A program made the position numbers and the translations under genes. From IMG/VR virus record IMGVR_UViG_3300045988_081423: DNA of 64,000 nt. The stretch is one strand, 5' to 3'. Below, in pieces: positions 44,045 through 53,138 of this stretch (positions are counted from its first letter, which is position 1; the number at the start of each line of letters is the position of its first letter). Below the pieces are notes generated by a model that was not told the DNA's origin, made no database searches, and saw only the letters and a list, made by a program, of their open reading frames with translations. This DNA comes from a virus.

Positions 44045-45667
44045 ATGGCTTATGATGTAAGTAAGAAAATAAACGTAGGTTTGGCAAAAATATATGTTCA
44101 TCTTACCGATTCTCTATACCTCCGAAAAATTGATGCACAAAAAGAGTATCTTTCCTTATCTGGTGGTACTCTGACAGGTGATACAACATTAGATAATAGC
44201 TCATTGTATCTCAAGAAAAATTCCAATGTATCTAAATTTAGTCAAAACTCAAATAATAACCTAGATATTTATAGTGATAAAAATATACAGTTCAGTACAA
44301 ATGGTTCTACCTATTTCGTTGCAAATCCAAGCTATATATCTTTAGAAAATAAGCACAATAATGTGTCTGTCGAACTTGTAAACGAAGACGGCTCTGGTTC
44401 TCCTTATGGTGGGCTTACAATTTACAGTACCAAAAACGGAGTCCCTGAGATGACAAGTGCCATTAGCTCTGGCTATATAAATGAAACTCCGTACCAAGAT
44501 TTTACAGTTGAAGATGGTGGTCTTTTTTCTTGGAATGTCGTTGACGGAGATAATATAAACGGCGTTGCAAAGATTGACAAGGGTGGATTGACGTTATCAA
44601 ACCCAGACTCAACTTCTGGTAAGTTTTCTATGCTTAAATTTGAGAGTGGAAACAATGGATTTGTATCTATATTTAGCCCAGAAGAGAATACGCTGACACT
44701 ATCTGCTTCGGATTGTATTATGCTAAATAATAATCTGGGCATTTCCGATACGGCTGTTATGTTATATCAAGAAAACAAAATTCATTTTGATGGAGGTCAC
44801 GATAATGGTGTGGTTATGTACAGTAAAACAGGGTCACACGAACTAAGTATCGACTTAGAAGATAAGCATTTTGTGATTAACAAAGATGGGTTTAGCGGAA
44901 ACGCAAATACAGCAACATCGGCATTGAAATTGTCCCAAGAAAGAACTGTAAATGGTGGCACGGACATCATGTTAAATTACAAATATGATGGGAGTAATGA
45001 TTCTGAGGCAGAAGTAGGTTTTTACGCTTGTAATGCAAAAGTTGGCAATCAAAATAACTATCCATATCATCGTATTGCAAGAATTGACCTGACATCGGAG
45101 AATTATAAAGATTGGTCAACAACCCTATACATTTCTCAGGGATATCTCGGTGGAGGCTTTGGCATTTGTAGAATTGCGATGAGAACTAATGGTACTGGCG
45201 CTAGGTCTGGCGTTGAAGTAAAATGGCTTGCAAGAAACAATCTCTCTACAGACTTCGTTCAAATTGCGGTTGATGATACTATTAATGCGACATACGCAGA
45301 TGTGTTTGTAAAGATTGAATCTTCTTATGCATCTACTACAATCAGAGCTTTTGCGTCTGAATCTCGTGGGTTTATCAAGAGAACATGGGTTCTCGTTGAA
45401 TCTGAGGAAGTGGACAACACTACAGAAGATTCTAAAAATGGCTCTGTTGAATGTTATAAATCAATTTCCGATGCTGGAAATGAAATTCATAATGCACAAT
45501 ATACAGCTATTATAACCGGAAGTGATACGATGGCTGAGAGGGCAAATCGTGACTCTAACGGGCAACATATAGCGTCTACTTATATTACAAAGATTGAATT
45601 GTCTGGCGAAAATACGCTTAAAATTACTTATGGAGACGGTCACCATGATACGGTGGTCGTACAATAA
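44045..45667 (+). CDS. tail fibre-like protein
   Basis: 540-aa ORF with the fibre-type N-terminal motif LSLSGGTLTGD and a beta-rich repetitive body. Confidence 0.55.
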   Translation: MAYDVSKKINVGLAKIYVHLTDSLYLRKIDAQKEYLSLSGGTLTGDTTLDNSSLYLKKNSNVSKFSQNSNNNLDIYSDKNIQFSTNGSTYFVANPSYISLENKHNNVSVELVNEDGSGSPYGGLTIYSTKNGVPEMTSAISSGYINETPYQDFTVEDGGLFSWNVVDGDNINGVAKIDKGGLTLSNPDSTSGKFSMLKFESGNNGFVSIFSPEENTLTLSASDCIMLNNNLGISDTAVMLYQENKIHFDGGHDNGVVMYSKTGSHELSIDLEDKHFVINKDGFSGNANTATSALKLSQERTVNGGTDIMLNYKYDGSNDSEAEVGFYACNAKVGNQNNYPYHRIARIDLTSENYKDWSTTLYISQGYLGGGFGICRIAMRTNGTGARSGVEVKWLARNNLSTDFVQIAVDDTINATYADVFVKIESSYASTTIRAFASESRGFIKRTWVLVESEEVDNTTEDSKNGSVECYKSISDAGNEIHNAQYTAIITGSDTMAERANRDSNGQHIASTYITKIELSGENTLKITYGDGHHDTVVVQ

Positions 45668-45693
45668 ATGGAATATAGGAAGGGGAATTTATT

Positions 45694-46023
45694 ATGATGG
45701 AAGCTATGACTCCTGTTATCGTTAATCTGGTTCGTATTGTTATTGCGGGCGGTTTCGCACTGCTTTGCAAATCTATTATCCCTGCTGTAACCCCTTGGTT
45801 GAAGCAGGTCGGCCTATATCAGGTTATCCGTTACTTTGTAAATGCGGCTGAAAAGATGGCTGCTACCAACCAGATTCCAAAGGAAGCAAAGAAACAATGG
45901 GTAAAAGATATCCTCGCAAAGGTCGGTATTGAAGACAACGAGATTGTAGATGCTCTTATTGAGGGCGCTGTCGAAGAGCTAGACAATCAGAAAGGTAAAG
46001 TTGGGGACGCTTTTAATAAGTAA
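45694..46023 (+). CDS. holin (LL-H-like family)
   Basis: 109-aa ORF. N-terminal TM segment VRIVIAGGFALLCKSIIPAV, then the charged tail ...KQWVKDILAKVGIEDNEIVDALIEGAVEEL, typical of Holin_LLH. Confidence 0.6.
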   Translation: MMEAMTPVIVNLVRIVIAGGFALLCKSIIPAVTPWLKQVGLYQVIRYFVNAAEKMAATNQIPKEAKKQWVKDILAKVGIEDNEIVDALIEGAVEELDNQKGKVGDAFNK

Positions 46024-46049
46024 TTCCTTGTTAAATTTAAGGGACAAAA

Positions 46050-46484
46050 ATGAAACATAATAGAATTTGCGCTTATTGTGGACGCTCTTATTATGTTTGT
46101 CTGTCTTGCGTTTCTGTTGGTTCATATAAGAACTCCTATTGTTCTGAGGATTGCTTTCGCAGAAGCGTAATGGACAATAAGGGCTTTCAACCAATAATTA
46201 TAGAAGGAGAAGAAATGAAGACTTTATTAAGAGGCAAACTCGCCAACTCTGATATCTTTGTTGATATTGTAGGCTACGACTTAGAGCTTGGTAAATTTGA
46301 TTGCCATGATGGGATTACTCGTACTCCTGGCGATTTTAGATATTTCGTTGTTCCTTGTGATGAAATGAAAAACATCAACAAGTATGTGTCTGAATTAAAC
46401 GAGAAAAAGGCTAAGACTTCTGGTCGTACTTCTACCCAGAAGAAGACTGAAACAGAAAAGCCGAAGCATGAGATTAAGCCTTAA
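46050..46484 (+). CDS. zinc-ribbon hypothetical protein
   Basis: CAYCG...CLSC...CSEDC at the N-terminus and a basic C-terminal tail. Confidence 0.55.
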   Translation: MKHNRICAYCGRSYYVCLSCVSVGSYKNSYCSEDCFRRSVMDNKGFQPIIIEGEEMKTLLRGKLANSDIFVDIVGYDLELGKFDCHDGITRTPGDFRYFVVPCDEMKNINKYVSELNEKKAKTSGRTSTQKKTETEKPKHEIKP

Positions 46485-46499
46485 ATTGTAGAATACTCG

Positions 46500-46545
46500 A
46501 AAATGAGCTATTTATCCGTATATTTATGGATTTTTAGCTCATTTT
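46500..46545 (+). terminator. Rho-independent terminator
   Basis: 11-bp stem AAAATGAGCTA/TAGCTCATTTT with a long loop, then CATTTTT. Confidence 0.6.
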
Positions 46546-46667
46546 CATTTTTAGATGTATGACAATGAAAGTGAAATTTTATTGCTAAATAAAGTTCTGT
46601 AAACATGGGGATTTTTAAGGGTGGGTTGTGGTTGTTTACAGGATTTCGGATTGAAAGGGATAAAAAT

Positions 46668-47090
46668 ATGGATAAATGTTTCAAAATGTATATCAAAGAT
46701 GTTACACACGAACAGCTAATTGGTGTATATGACTCTAAAAATTTAAACGTGAAGAGTTTATATACATCTGTAACAAATGATGAAAATAGTTTTACTCTAA
46801 CTTTTTCAGACGACCAACTTGTTGAATATCTACAATTTAACAAGAATATTATGCTACGGTTTATTATCATTTATGAACAGTATTGTTTTAATCTGCCCGA
46901 CCCGATGTATCGTCTTGAAAAGTATAGCACAATCAATTATTATCTGTCAAGAGATGATAACCCAGCAGATGAAAAATATTGGGAATTGATGCTAAATAAT
47001 GTCGTAAAAAGTAATCGCAACGAATATTTCTTTACTGAAAATGGCAGGAAGCCGGAGATTAACATTGATGAATGTTGGAAAGATTTTTGA
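46668..47090 (+). CDS. hypothetical protein
   Basis: ATG at 46668 after GAAAGGGA. Confidence 0.5.
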   Translation: MDKCFKMYIKDVTHEQLIGVYDSKNLNVKSLYTSVTNDENSFTLTFSDDQLVEYLQFNKNIMLRFIIIYEQYCFNLPDPMYRLEKYSTINYYLSRDDNPADEKYWELMLNNVVKSNRNEYFFTENGRKPEINIDECWKDF

Positions 47091-47610
47091 ACAAAAGTTC
47101 AAAGAGAGTATTCCTAAAGATGTGGCAGTAATTAGACTGCATGATAGCGCAAGTGGTTTTGGACAAGATAGTAGGTCAACAAGATTTTCTATGAAATCTC
47201 CGTTTGACTTTATCTTGTTCAAAACTCCTTGTATGTATTGTTTAGAACTAAAATCAACAGACAAGAAAAGTTTTTCTTTTGAACGTGAGAAACCAACGAA
47301 AGAAAATCCTACTAAACGAGAAATTCATTGGCATCAAATTCAAGCTCTTACTGAGTATAATAAATATTGTAATTGTATATGTGGTTTTGTGTTAGACTTT
47401 AGAAATGATGGAACTTATTTCTTGAGTATCAAAGATTTTAATAAATTTAAAGAAGAATCAACTAAGGTTTCAATAAATATTCAGGACTGTATTGCGCATG
47501 GTGCTGTTCAAATAGATAAAAAATTAAAAAAGAAATATTATAGCTACGATGTGGCAAAGTTATTAGATAAGATTGGAAGTGACGAAATTGGGAAGAAGAA
47601 CCGTATATAA
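47041..47610 (+). CDS. RecU-like Holliday junction resolvase (PD-(D/E)xK)
   Basis: FEQKFKESIPK..., SPFDFILF ... CLELKST gives a D...E-x-K core typical of RecU. Confidence 0.6.
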   Translation: MAGSRRLTLMNVGKIFEQKFKESIPKDVAVIRLHDSASGFGQDSRSTRFSMKSPFDFILFKTPCMYCLELKSTDKKSFSFEREKPTKENPTKREIHWHQIQALTEYNKYCNCICGFVLDFRNDGTYFLSIKDFNKFKEESTKVSINIQDCIAHGAVQIDKKLKKKYYSYDVAKLLDKIGSDEIGKKNRI

Positions 47611-48631
47611 TAGGATTTATACAGAAGAAATTTGGGCAAAGGTTAACGAAGACAATAAAAACTTGTTGAAAGATTATCTTGCATATAAGACTACTGGCGG
47701 TCGTTCTCCACAGACGATTTATCAATATGAACAAATGATTCGTCTGTTTTTCTGTTGGAATTATTTGCATAATAAAGACACGTTCTTTGTAGATTTGAAG
47801 AAGCGGCAACTCGTTAGTTTCTTTAATTACGCAATCACAGAAATGGGATGGTCTAGTAATAGAATCTCTACTATTAAATCATCTCTATCTTCTATGTCAG
47901 ATTATATTGAAAATGTTCTTGATGATGAGTTTCCTGATTTTAGAAATATTGTTGTCAAACTGGAAACTCCTGTAAAGCAGACTGTTCGTGAAAAGACTGT
48001 TATGAGCGAAGAGCAGATTCAAGATTGTCTTGACAAACTAGTTGCTGCTAAACGATATCAGGCTGCTTGCTATCTTGCACTTGCCGTTAGTTGCGGTGCG
48101 AGAAAAGCAGAGCTTATTCAGTTTAAGACAAACTGGTTTACTGATGAAAATATTGTTTATGGCTGTATGTGGAAAACACCTGAACAGATTCGTACTAAAG
48201 GGCATGGTAAACAGGGCAAGTTGCTCTATAAGTTTACCTTTATTAAGTCATTTAAACCATATTATGAGATGTGGATGAAATATCGTAAAGAAAATAATAT
48301 CGAAAGCGAATGGTTGTTTATTGTGAAAAATGATGATGACACTTATCGTCAAGCAAGTATTTCAACAGCAGATAGTATTTGCAGAACAATCTCAGCCTTT
48401 ATGAATACGGATTTCTATAGTCACTGCTGTAGGCATCGTTACGTTACTATGATGAAAGAATCTAAACTGCCAGACGATGTTATTATTGCTCTTGTGGGCT
48501 GGGAAGCTGGGTCAGGAGGGGCTATGTGCGCAACTTATTGCGATTTAGACACCGCCGACACACTTGGTGATTATTTTGATGAGAACGGTATTAAGCAAGA
48601 TATTAAAACTGGTACTCTGAATGATATTTAA
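47573..48631 (+). CDS. tyrosine recombinase (phage integrase / XerC-D-like)
   Basis: SAM-like N-domain (SPQTIYQYEQMIRLFF), box I GARKAELIQF, HCCRHRYVT (HxxR) and LVGW...ATYCD (catalytic Tyr). The start is non-ATG. Confidence 0.8.
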   Translation: MEVTKLGRRTVYNRIYTEEIWAKVNEDNKNLLKDYLAYKTTGGRSPQTIYQYEQMIRLFFCWNYLHNKDTFFVDLKKRQLVSFFNYAITEMGWSSNRISTIKSSLSSMSDYIENVLDDEFPDFRNIVVKLETPVKQTVREKTVMSEEQIQDCLDKLVAAKRYQAACYLALAVSCGARKAELIQFKTNWFTDENIVYGCMWKTPEQIRTKGHGKQGKLLYKFTFIKSFKPYYEMWMKYRKENNIESEWLFIVKNDDDTYRQASISTADSICRTISAFMNTDFYSHCCRHRYVTMMKESKLPDDVIIALVGWEAGSGGAMCATYCDLDTADTLGDYFDENGIKQDIKTGTLNDI

Positions 48632-48652
48632 GGATTAAAAGGAGTTGAAATT

Positions 48653-49321
48653 ATGACACTAAAGACTGTTATTGATAAACTAAACCAATACAAAAACAAG
48701 CTGATTAATAAAGAATCTCTTGACGGTTGGCTATTTGAGAATATCAATATTACTAATTATATTTCTATTGGTAATAAGTACGCTTATATCCACAAGATTA
48801 ATGAAATTTTCTCAGAAGAGATTGCTGAGATTCTAAGCAATAAACTAGATATTGAACTTGTATTTATGCGTTATGATATGCACGTCTTGTTTGATATTCT
48901 TCTTAAATATACCGATATTGAAGTAGCAAAGGAGGATAAGTCTCCTGAGTATTATGATATTATGGTAGAAGCTGAATTTGACCGTTATCTAAAACTATCC
49001 ATTGGTAATGATTGCATTAAATTTATGGATGCTTTTGAGAAGGCTTCTGGCATTAACGAAATTAATACTATGAATATTATTAAGGGTGCTATTGACAATA
49101 ATATTACTCAGGATAAGATTGACGCTCTTGATAAGGTATTTAAGAAGCTAAATACTAAGAAGAATAAAGACTTCATAGAAGATGTAATGGCATACTCAAA
49201 CCCTGCCGTTAAGGAACTAATGGACGGTATGCGTAAGTCCGCTATGGAAGATGCTAATAAGAAAATGAAGGAGAAATATTCTAAGCCGGACGGTGATTCA
49301 AATGGCAAAACAAACAGTTGA
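48653..49321 (+). CDS. tail assembly chaperone candidate (by position)
   Basis: 222-aa ORF, the first of two genes preceding tmp. Confidence 0.4.
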   Translation: MTLKTVIDKLNQYKNKLINKESLDGWLFENINITNYISIGNKYAYIHKINEIFSEEIAEILSNKLDIELVFMRYDMHVLFDILLKYTDIEVAKEDKSPEYYDIMVEAEFDRYLKLSIGNDCIKFMDAFEKASGINEINTMNIIKGAIDNNITQDKIDALDKVFKKLNTKKNKDFIEDVMAYSNPAVKELMDGMRKSAMEDANKKMKEKYSKPDGDSNGKTNS

Positions 49322-49922
49322 TAATAGGAAACTGCAAGATGCGATTGGCGTAAAAATAAAAAGAATCCAAAATGGTTTTTATGAATCCTACGAAAGAGAG
49401 GCTAGAAATATTTTAATGGCTATCGCTCAAGAAGGGGTCAAAAAAATTAAGGAATATATAAAAAAGTATTTTTACGATGATACTTCTGAATCTCCTTATT
49501 ATGAAAGATTAGCAGAACAAGGCGGTTTTTTAGCAACTATTAGTTATACTATTATTGACAAACATGGTATGCCAAATCAAATTAGAATTTACTGTGATTG
49601 GGACAAGCTCAAACGTGTCATTCGTCCGTATAGCCCCGGTCAAACTCCACAATTTGACGCTCACAACGGTTTCGATAATAAGAAATTTACAGAAGGATTG
49701 TACGACTACATAATGGATGGCACTTGGAACTCACCATACGGCAACCCTAGAACAAACGGAATTGGAGAGGGTGTCAACGATGAACTTTCTAATCTTCTTA
49801 CTGGTAGAGCAAGACAAGAAATTGCAGCTTATATGAAGAAATATTTCAAAGATACTACCATTAAACACCGTGTTGCTGGCGGTCTTTCTGTTAGCAGAGA
49901 TACAAAGAGACATAAGAAATAA
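49302..49922 (+). CDS. hypothetical tail-module protein
   Basis: ATG at 49302, directly upstream of tmp. Confidence 0.4.
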   Translation: MAKQTVDNRKLQDAIGVKIKRIQNGFYESYEREARNILMAIAQEGVKKIKEYIKKYFYDDTSESPYYERLAEQGGFLATISYTIIDKHGMPNQIRIYCDWDKLKRVIRPYSPGQTPQFDAHNGFDNKKFTEGLYDYIMDGTWNSPYGNPRTNGIGEGVNDELSNLLTGRARQEIAAYMKKYFKDTTIKHRVAGGLSVSRDTKRHKK

Positions 49923-49934
49923 GGAGGTGGGTAA

Positions 49935-51755
49935 ATGGCACAAGCACAAAGCGATTTATTTAGTTTTCTAATTACACCAGAATTTGATACAAAAGATGTT
50001 ACAGATAGCGCACAAATACTACAAAAAGAGCTTGAAAAAGTTGCAGAAAAAATATCAATACAAATAAGTAAAGCAATGGGAAAGGGTTTTTCGTTCCCAT
50101 CTGGTTTTCAACCAAAAGATATTAATGAAGTAACAAAATATATCGAAACCCTTGGGGGCAGCGTCAAACGTGTTGGAACTGTCATAACTTCTTCTTTCAA
50201 AGATGCAAGCGGAACAGTAACAACCCTAAAACAAAACATCAACGACGCTATAAATTCTGCTCAGTTGGCAAGCCTACAATCTATGAGTGGAAATCCTAAG
50301 AATATAGATATTATAAATAAACAGTATGCTCAACTAAGAAGTTCTAGTGCTACATACACTGGAACGGAACAGGTTAAGCAACAAAACGAATTAGAACAAC
50401 AGATTATTAAATCTTTGCAAGAGCGATATAGCTTAGAGGGTAAAATATCAGACGCAAAAGCAAGCGGAAACAAGATTACAGAAACTTATTATACGCAACT
50501 AAGAGATATTGCTGTTGCAGAAGAACAACAATTAGAATCACAATATAAAGGTTCTCAAACACGAATAAATTCCGTGAAACAGCAGTTGTCTCTTGAACAA
50601 CAATTGCGACAACAAAAGGCACAATCTACTGCGGAAGAAAATAAAGCTGTTGAGGCCATAAAACAATACGCAAAACAATATCAGACTGTCAAGCAATTAG
50701 AGAGCAAAGGTCAACAAAACACTCAGGCTTATACTGATGCTAAAAATGCTTTACAGCAGTTAACAAATACTTTAACAACGTATGGTGTTAAAGTTGTAAC
50801 AAGCTCCGACGGCACAACAAAACTTGTAGCACAACAAAATTCAATGGCTGACAGCTCCAATAAGGTTAAAACAGCGTTGGACAATGCCAATGGCAGTTTA
50901 GTAAAAACTGATACTGCACAAAATTCCCTATCGCAATCTATTCAGTCTAGTGTAGAGAACTTTATTAAATATCAGGTGGCTATGGAAGCCATCAACAAAA
51001 TCACTAGCGAATTCACATCTGCAATTTATGATATGAACGAAGCCATGACACAGGTTCGTATGGTTACAATGGGTAGCTATGAAGATACTGTGGCATTGGC
51101 TGATAGTTATACTAAATTGGCAAAGCAACTTGGTACTACTACGACCACAGTTGCAGAAGGTGCAGATGCTTGGTTAAGACAGGGTTATAATGCTCAAGAA
51201 GCAATGGAGATGCTAAAACAGTCAACTACGTTGGCTGTTGTTGGTCAATTGGACGCAAGCGAGGCGACTGACCAACTCACTGCAATCACAAAATCCTATA
51301 ATGTAGCTGTAGACGATACAAGCAAAATCGTAGATAAACTTGTGCAAGTAGACCTTTCCTACGCGGCCAGCACAGGTGAAATTTCTACAGCATTACAGAA
51401 AGTCGCTAGTTCTGCTGGACAGGCGGGGTTAGGACTTGATAAACTAATCGGTCTAATTACTATTTCTGAGGAAAAGACTCGACAAGCGCCAGAAGTTATT
51501 GGGTCTGCTTGGCAGAGTATCATCTCGCGTATATCAAAAATCACGGCAAAAGTAGATTTGGATGACCTCGTTGATGAGCAAGGTATAACCCACACAATCA
51601 ATGATGCAGATAAAGTTCTATCCAAATACGGAATTACACTAGTTGATACAAACGGTAAAATGCGCGAAATTGGTACTGTTCTTGATGAAATCGGTGCAAA
51701 ATGGAACAGCATGAGCACTCTTGAACAGAACCAGTTGGCTTATGTTGTCGCCGGT
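49935..51755 (+). CDS. tape measure protein, exon 1 (3' end within about 5 nt)
   Basis: Gln/Ala-rich coiled coil followed by the conserved TMP core (...LGTTTTTVAEGADAWLRQGY...EQNQLAYVVAG). Exon end GCCGGT can pair with GCTGGC at 51765-51770 (P1 with a U-G pair). Confidence 0.7.
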
Positions 51756-53138
51756 TCGATAAGTGCTGGCGTAAAACGTACTTAATTGACGGGAAACCCC
51801 TTTAGAGTCTTGACAACTAAGTTATTATAGTGATATAATAATGGTTGGAAGTAATCAATCCAAGTATAGTAAAATAGTCAAGAATTGGGCAACCCGCAAC
51901 CAAGCAACTATGAAAATAGTTGAAGGCTCAACGACTATCCAGTTAGCGTTAAATTAACGCAATAGGAGTAGGGCGCAATTCGCTACTGCGTGGGTGAAAA
52001 CCCCTTAAATCGAAATGGTACGGCATATCATAGATATGCAAGATATAGTCTATTCTCATGCAAAAGCATGAGCATTTTTATGTTATATTGAGGTTATAAA
52101 TGGGAAAAGTAATCAGATGGACAGACGAAGAAATTCAATTATTAAAAGAGCATTATCCTAATGATTCATGGGATAATATTTTATCTTTTATTCATAGAGA
52201 AAAAGGAAATATTATTACCAAAGCAAGTAAACTTGGAATCGTAAGGAATAGTCCAAATAAAAAGATTGAATGGTCTGACGAAGAGGTTGAAATTCTTAGA
52301 GGTGTTTATCTAACAACAAGGCTAGAAGACATTCCGAGACTGCATTTACCAAATAAATCCAAAGATGCCATTATTAGAAAAATGGGAGAACTAAGGTTGC
52401 TAAAATCAAAACCTTGGACACAAGGAGAAATAGAAAAATTTATCAAATTATATCCAAACACAGACAATAAAGAACTTTGTAAAATATTTGGAAGAACAAA
52501 GAATGCCATAATCAACGAATCTCAAAAACTTAATTTATATAAAAGCAATAGATTCACAGAGGAAGATATTGCTTTTATAAGAAACAACTATCTTAAAATG
52601 TCAGATTTTGAAATCGGAGAAATTCTCGGCCATCATTGGAGAGTCGTAAAGGATAAGCGTTTGTCTTACGGATGGAAACATTCTGAACCAATCTTAGGAC
52701 AAGGATATAAAAGTATTGTTGAATTTTGTCGTAAAAGCACACCCGGTTGGAGAAATGAGAGTATTGCATATTGTAATCATAAATGTGTAATCACAGGAGA
52801 AGAATTTGACGACGTTCATCATCTTTATTCTGCGAATCTCATTATAAAAGAAGTCGCAGACATTATTCCTCTTGAACCAAACGCTTCTCCCGAAATGTAT
52901 GACGAGGAATATCTTGGAGAGATTCTTGACTTATTTGATAAGAAACAGCGAGAGTATGGACACGGAGTTTGTTTGACAAAAGAAATTCATACGATGTTTC
53001 ATAAAGAATATGGATTCGGGAATAATACAAAAGGACAGTTTCTTGATTTCGTAGATAAACATAGTTTTAAATTATTAGTCGATATAACATAATATACAAA
53101 GATAGCAACTTTGTGAAATAAATAACAAAACAAGACAG
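51756..53138 (+). mobile_element. group I intron in tmp carrying an HNH-type endonuclease in its 3' part
   Basis: Core blocks AACGACTATCC (51930), CAATAGGAGTAGGGC (51960), GTGGGTGAAAACCCCTTAAATCGAA and AAGATATAGTCT (52040) are nearly identical to the rnap intron. Confidence 0.7.
52100..53092 (+). CDS. intron-encoded endonuclease: three W(T/S)DEE Myb/SANT-like repeats plus C-terminal HNH-like motif
   Basis: WTDEEIQLL, WSDEEVEIL and WTQGEIEKF repeats. C-terminal CVITGEEFDDVHHLYS ... CLTKEIHTMFHKEYG. Confidence 0.65.
   Translation: MGKVIRWTDEEIQLLKEHYPNDSWDNILSFIHREKGNIITKASKLGIVRNSPNKKIEWSDEEVEILRGVYLTTRLEDIPRLHLPNKSKDAIIRKMGELRLLKSKPWTQGEIEKFIKLYPNTDNKELCKIFGRTKNAIINESQKLNLYKSNRFTEEDIAFIRNNYLKMSDFEIGEILGHHWRVVKDKRLSYGWKHSEPILGQGYKSIVEFCRKSTPGWRNESIAYCNHKCVITGEEFDDVHHLYSANLIIKEVADIIPLEPNASPEMYDEEYLGEILDLFDKKQREYGHGVCLTKEIHTMFHKEYGFGNNTKGQFLDFVDKHSFKLLVDIT

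Noticed and set aside
49293-49321. Programmed frameshift linking the two genes upstream of tmp (gpG/gpGT-type chaperones)
   Set aside because: The second frame is +1, not -1, relative to the first. No slippery heptamer is visible in the 29-nt overlap, and the second ORF has its own in-frame ATG (49302).
52100-52105. Alternative model in which the tmp intron ends at 52102, as the homologous ATAAATG|GG does in the rnap intron, fusing TMP to the endonuclease ORF
   Set aside because: An in-frame fusion is arithmetically possible. However, it would leave the 1444-codon TMP remainder without an RBS or start context, while the frame upstream of 53160 clearly continues the TMP core. It is kept as a caveat in the findings, not as a call.
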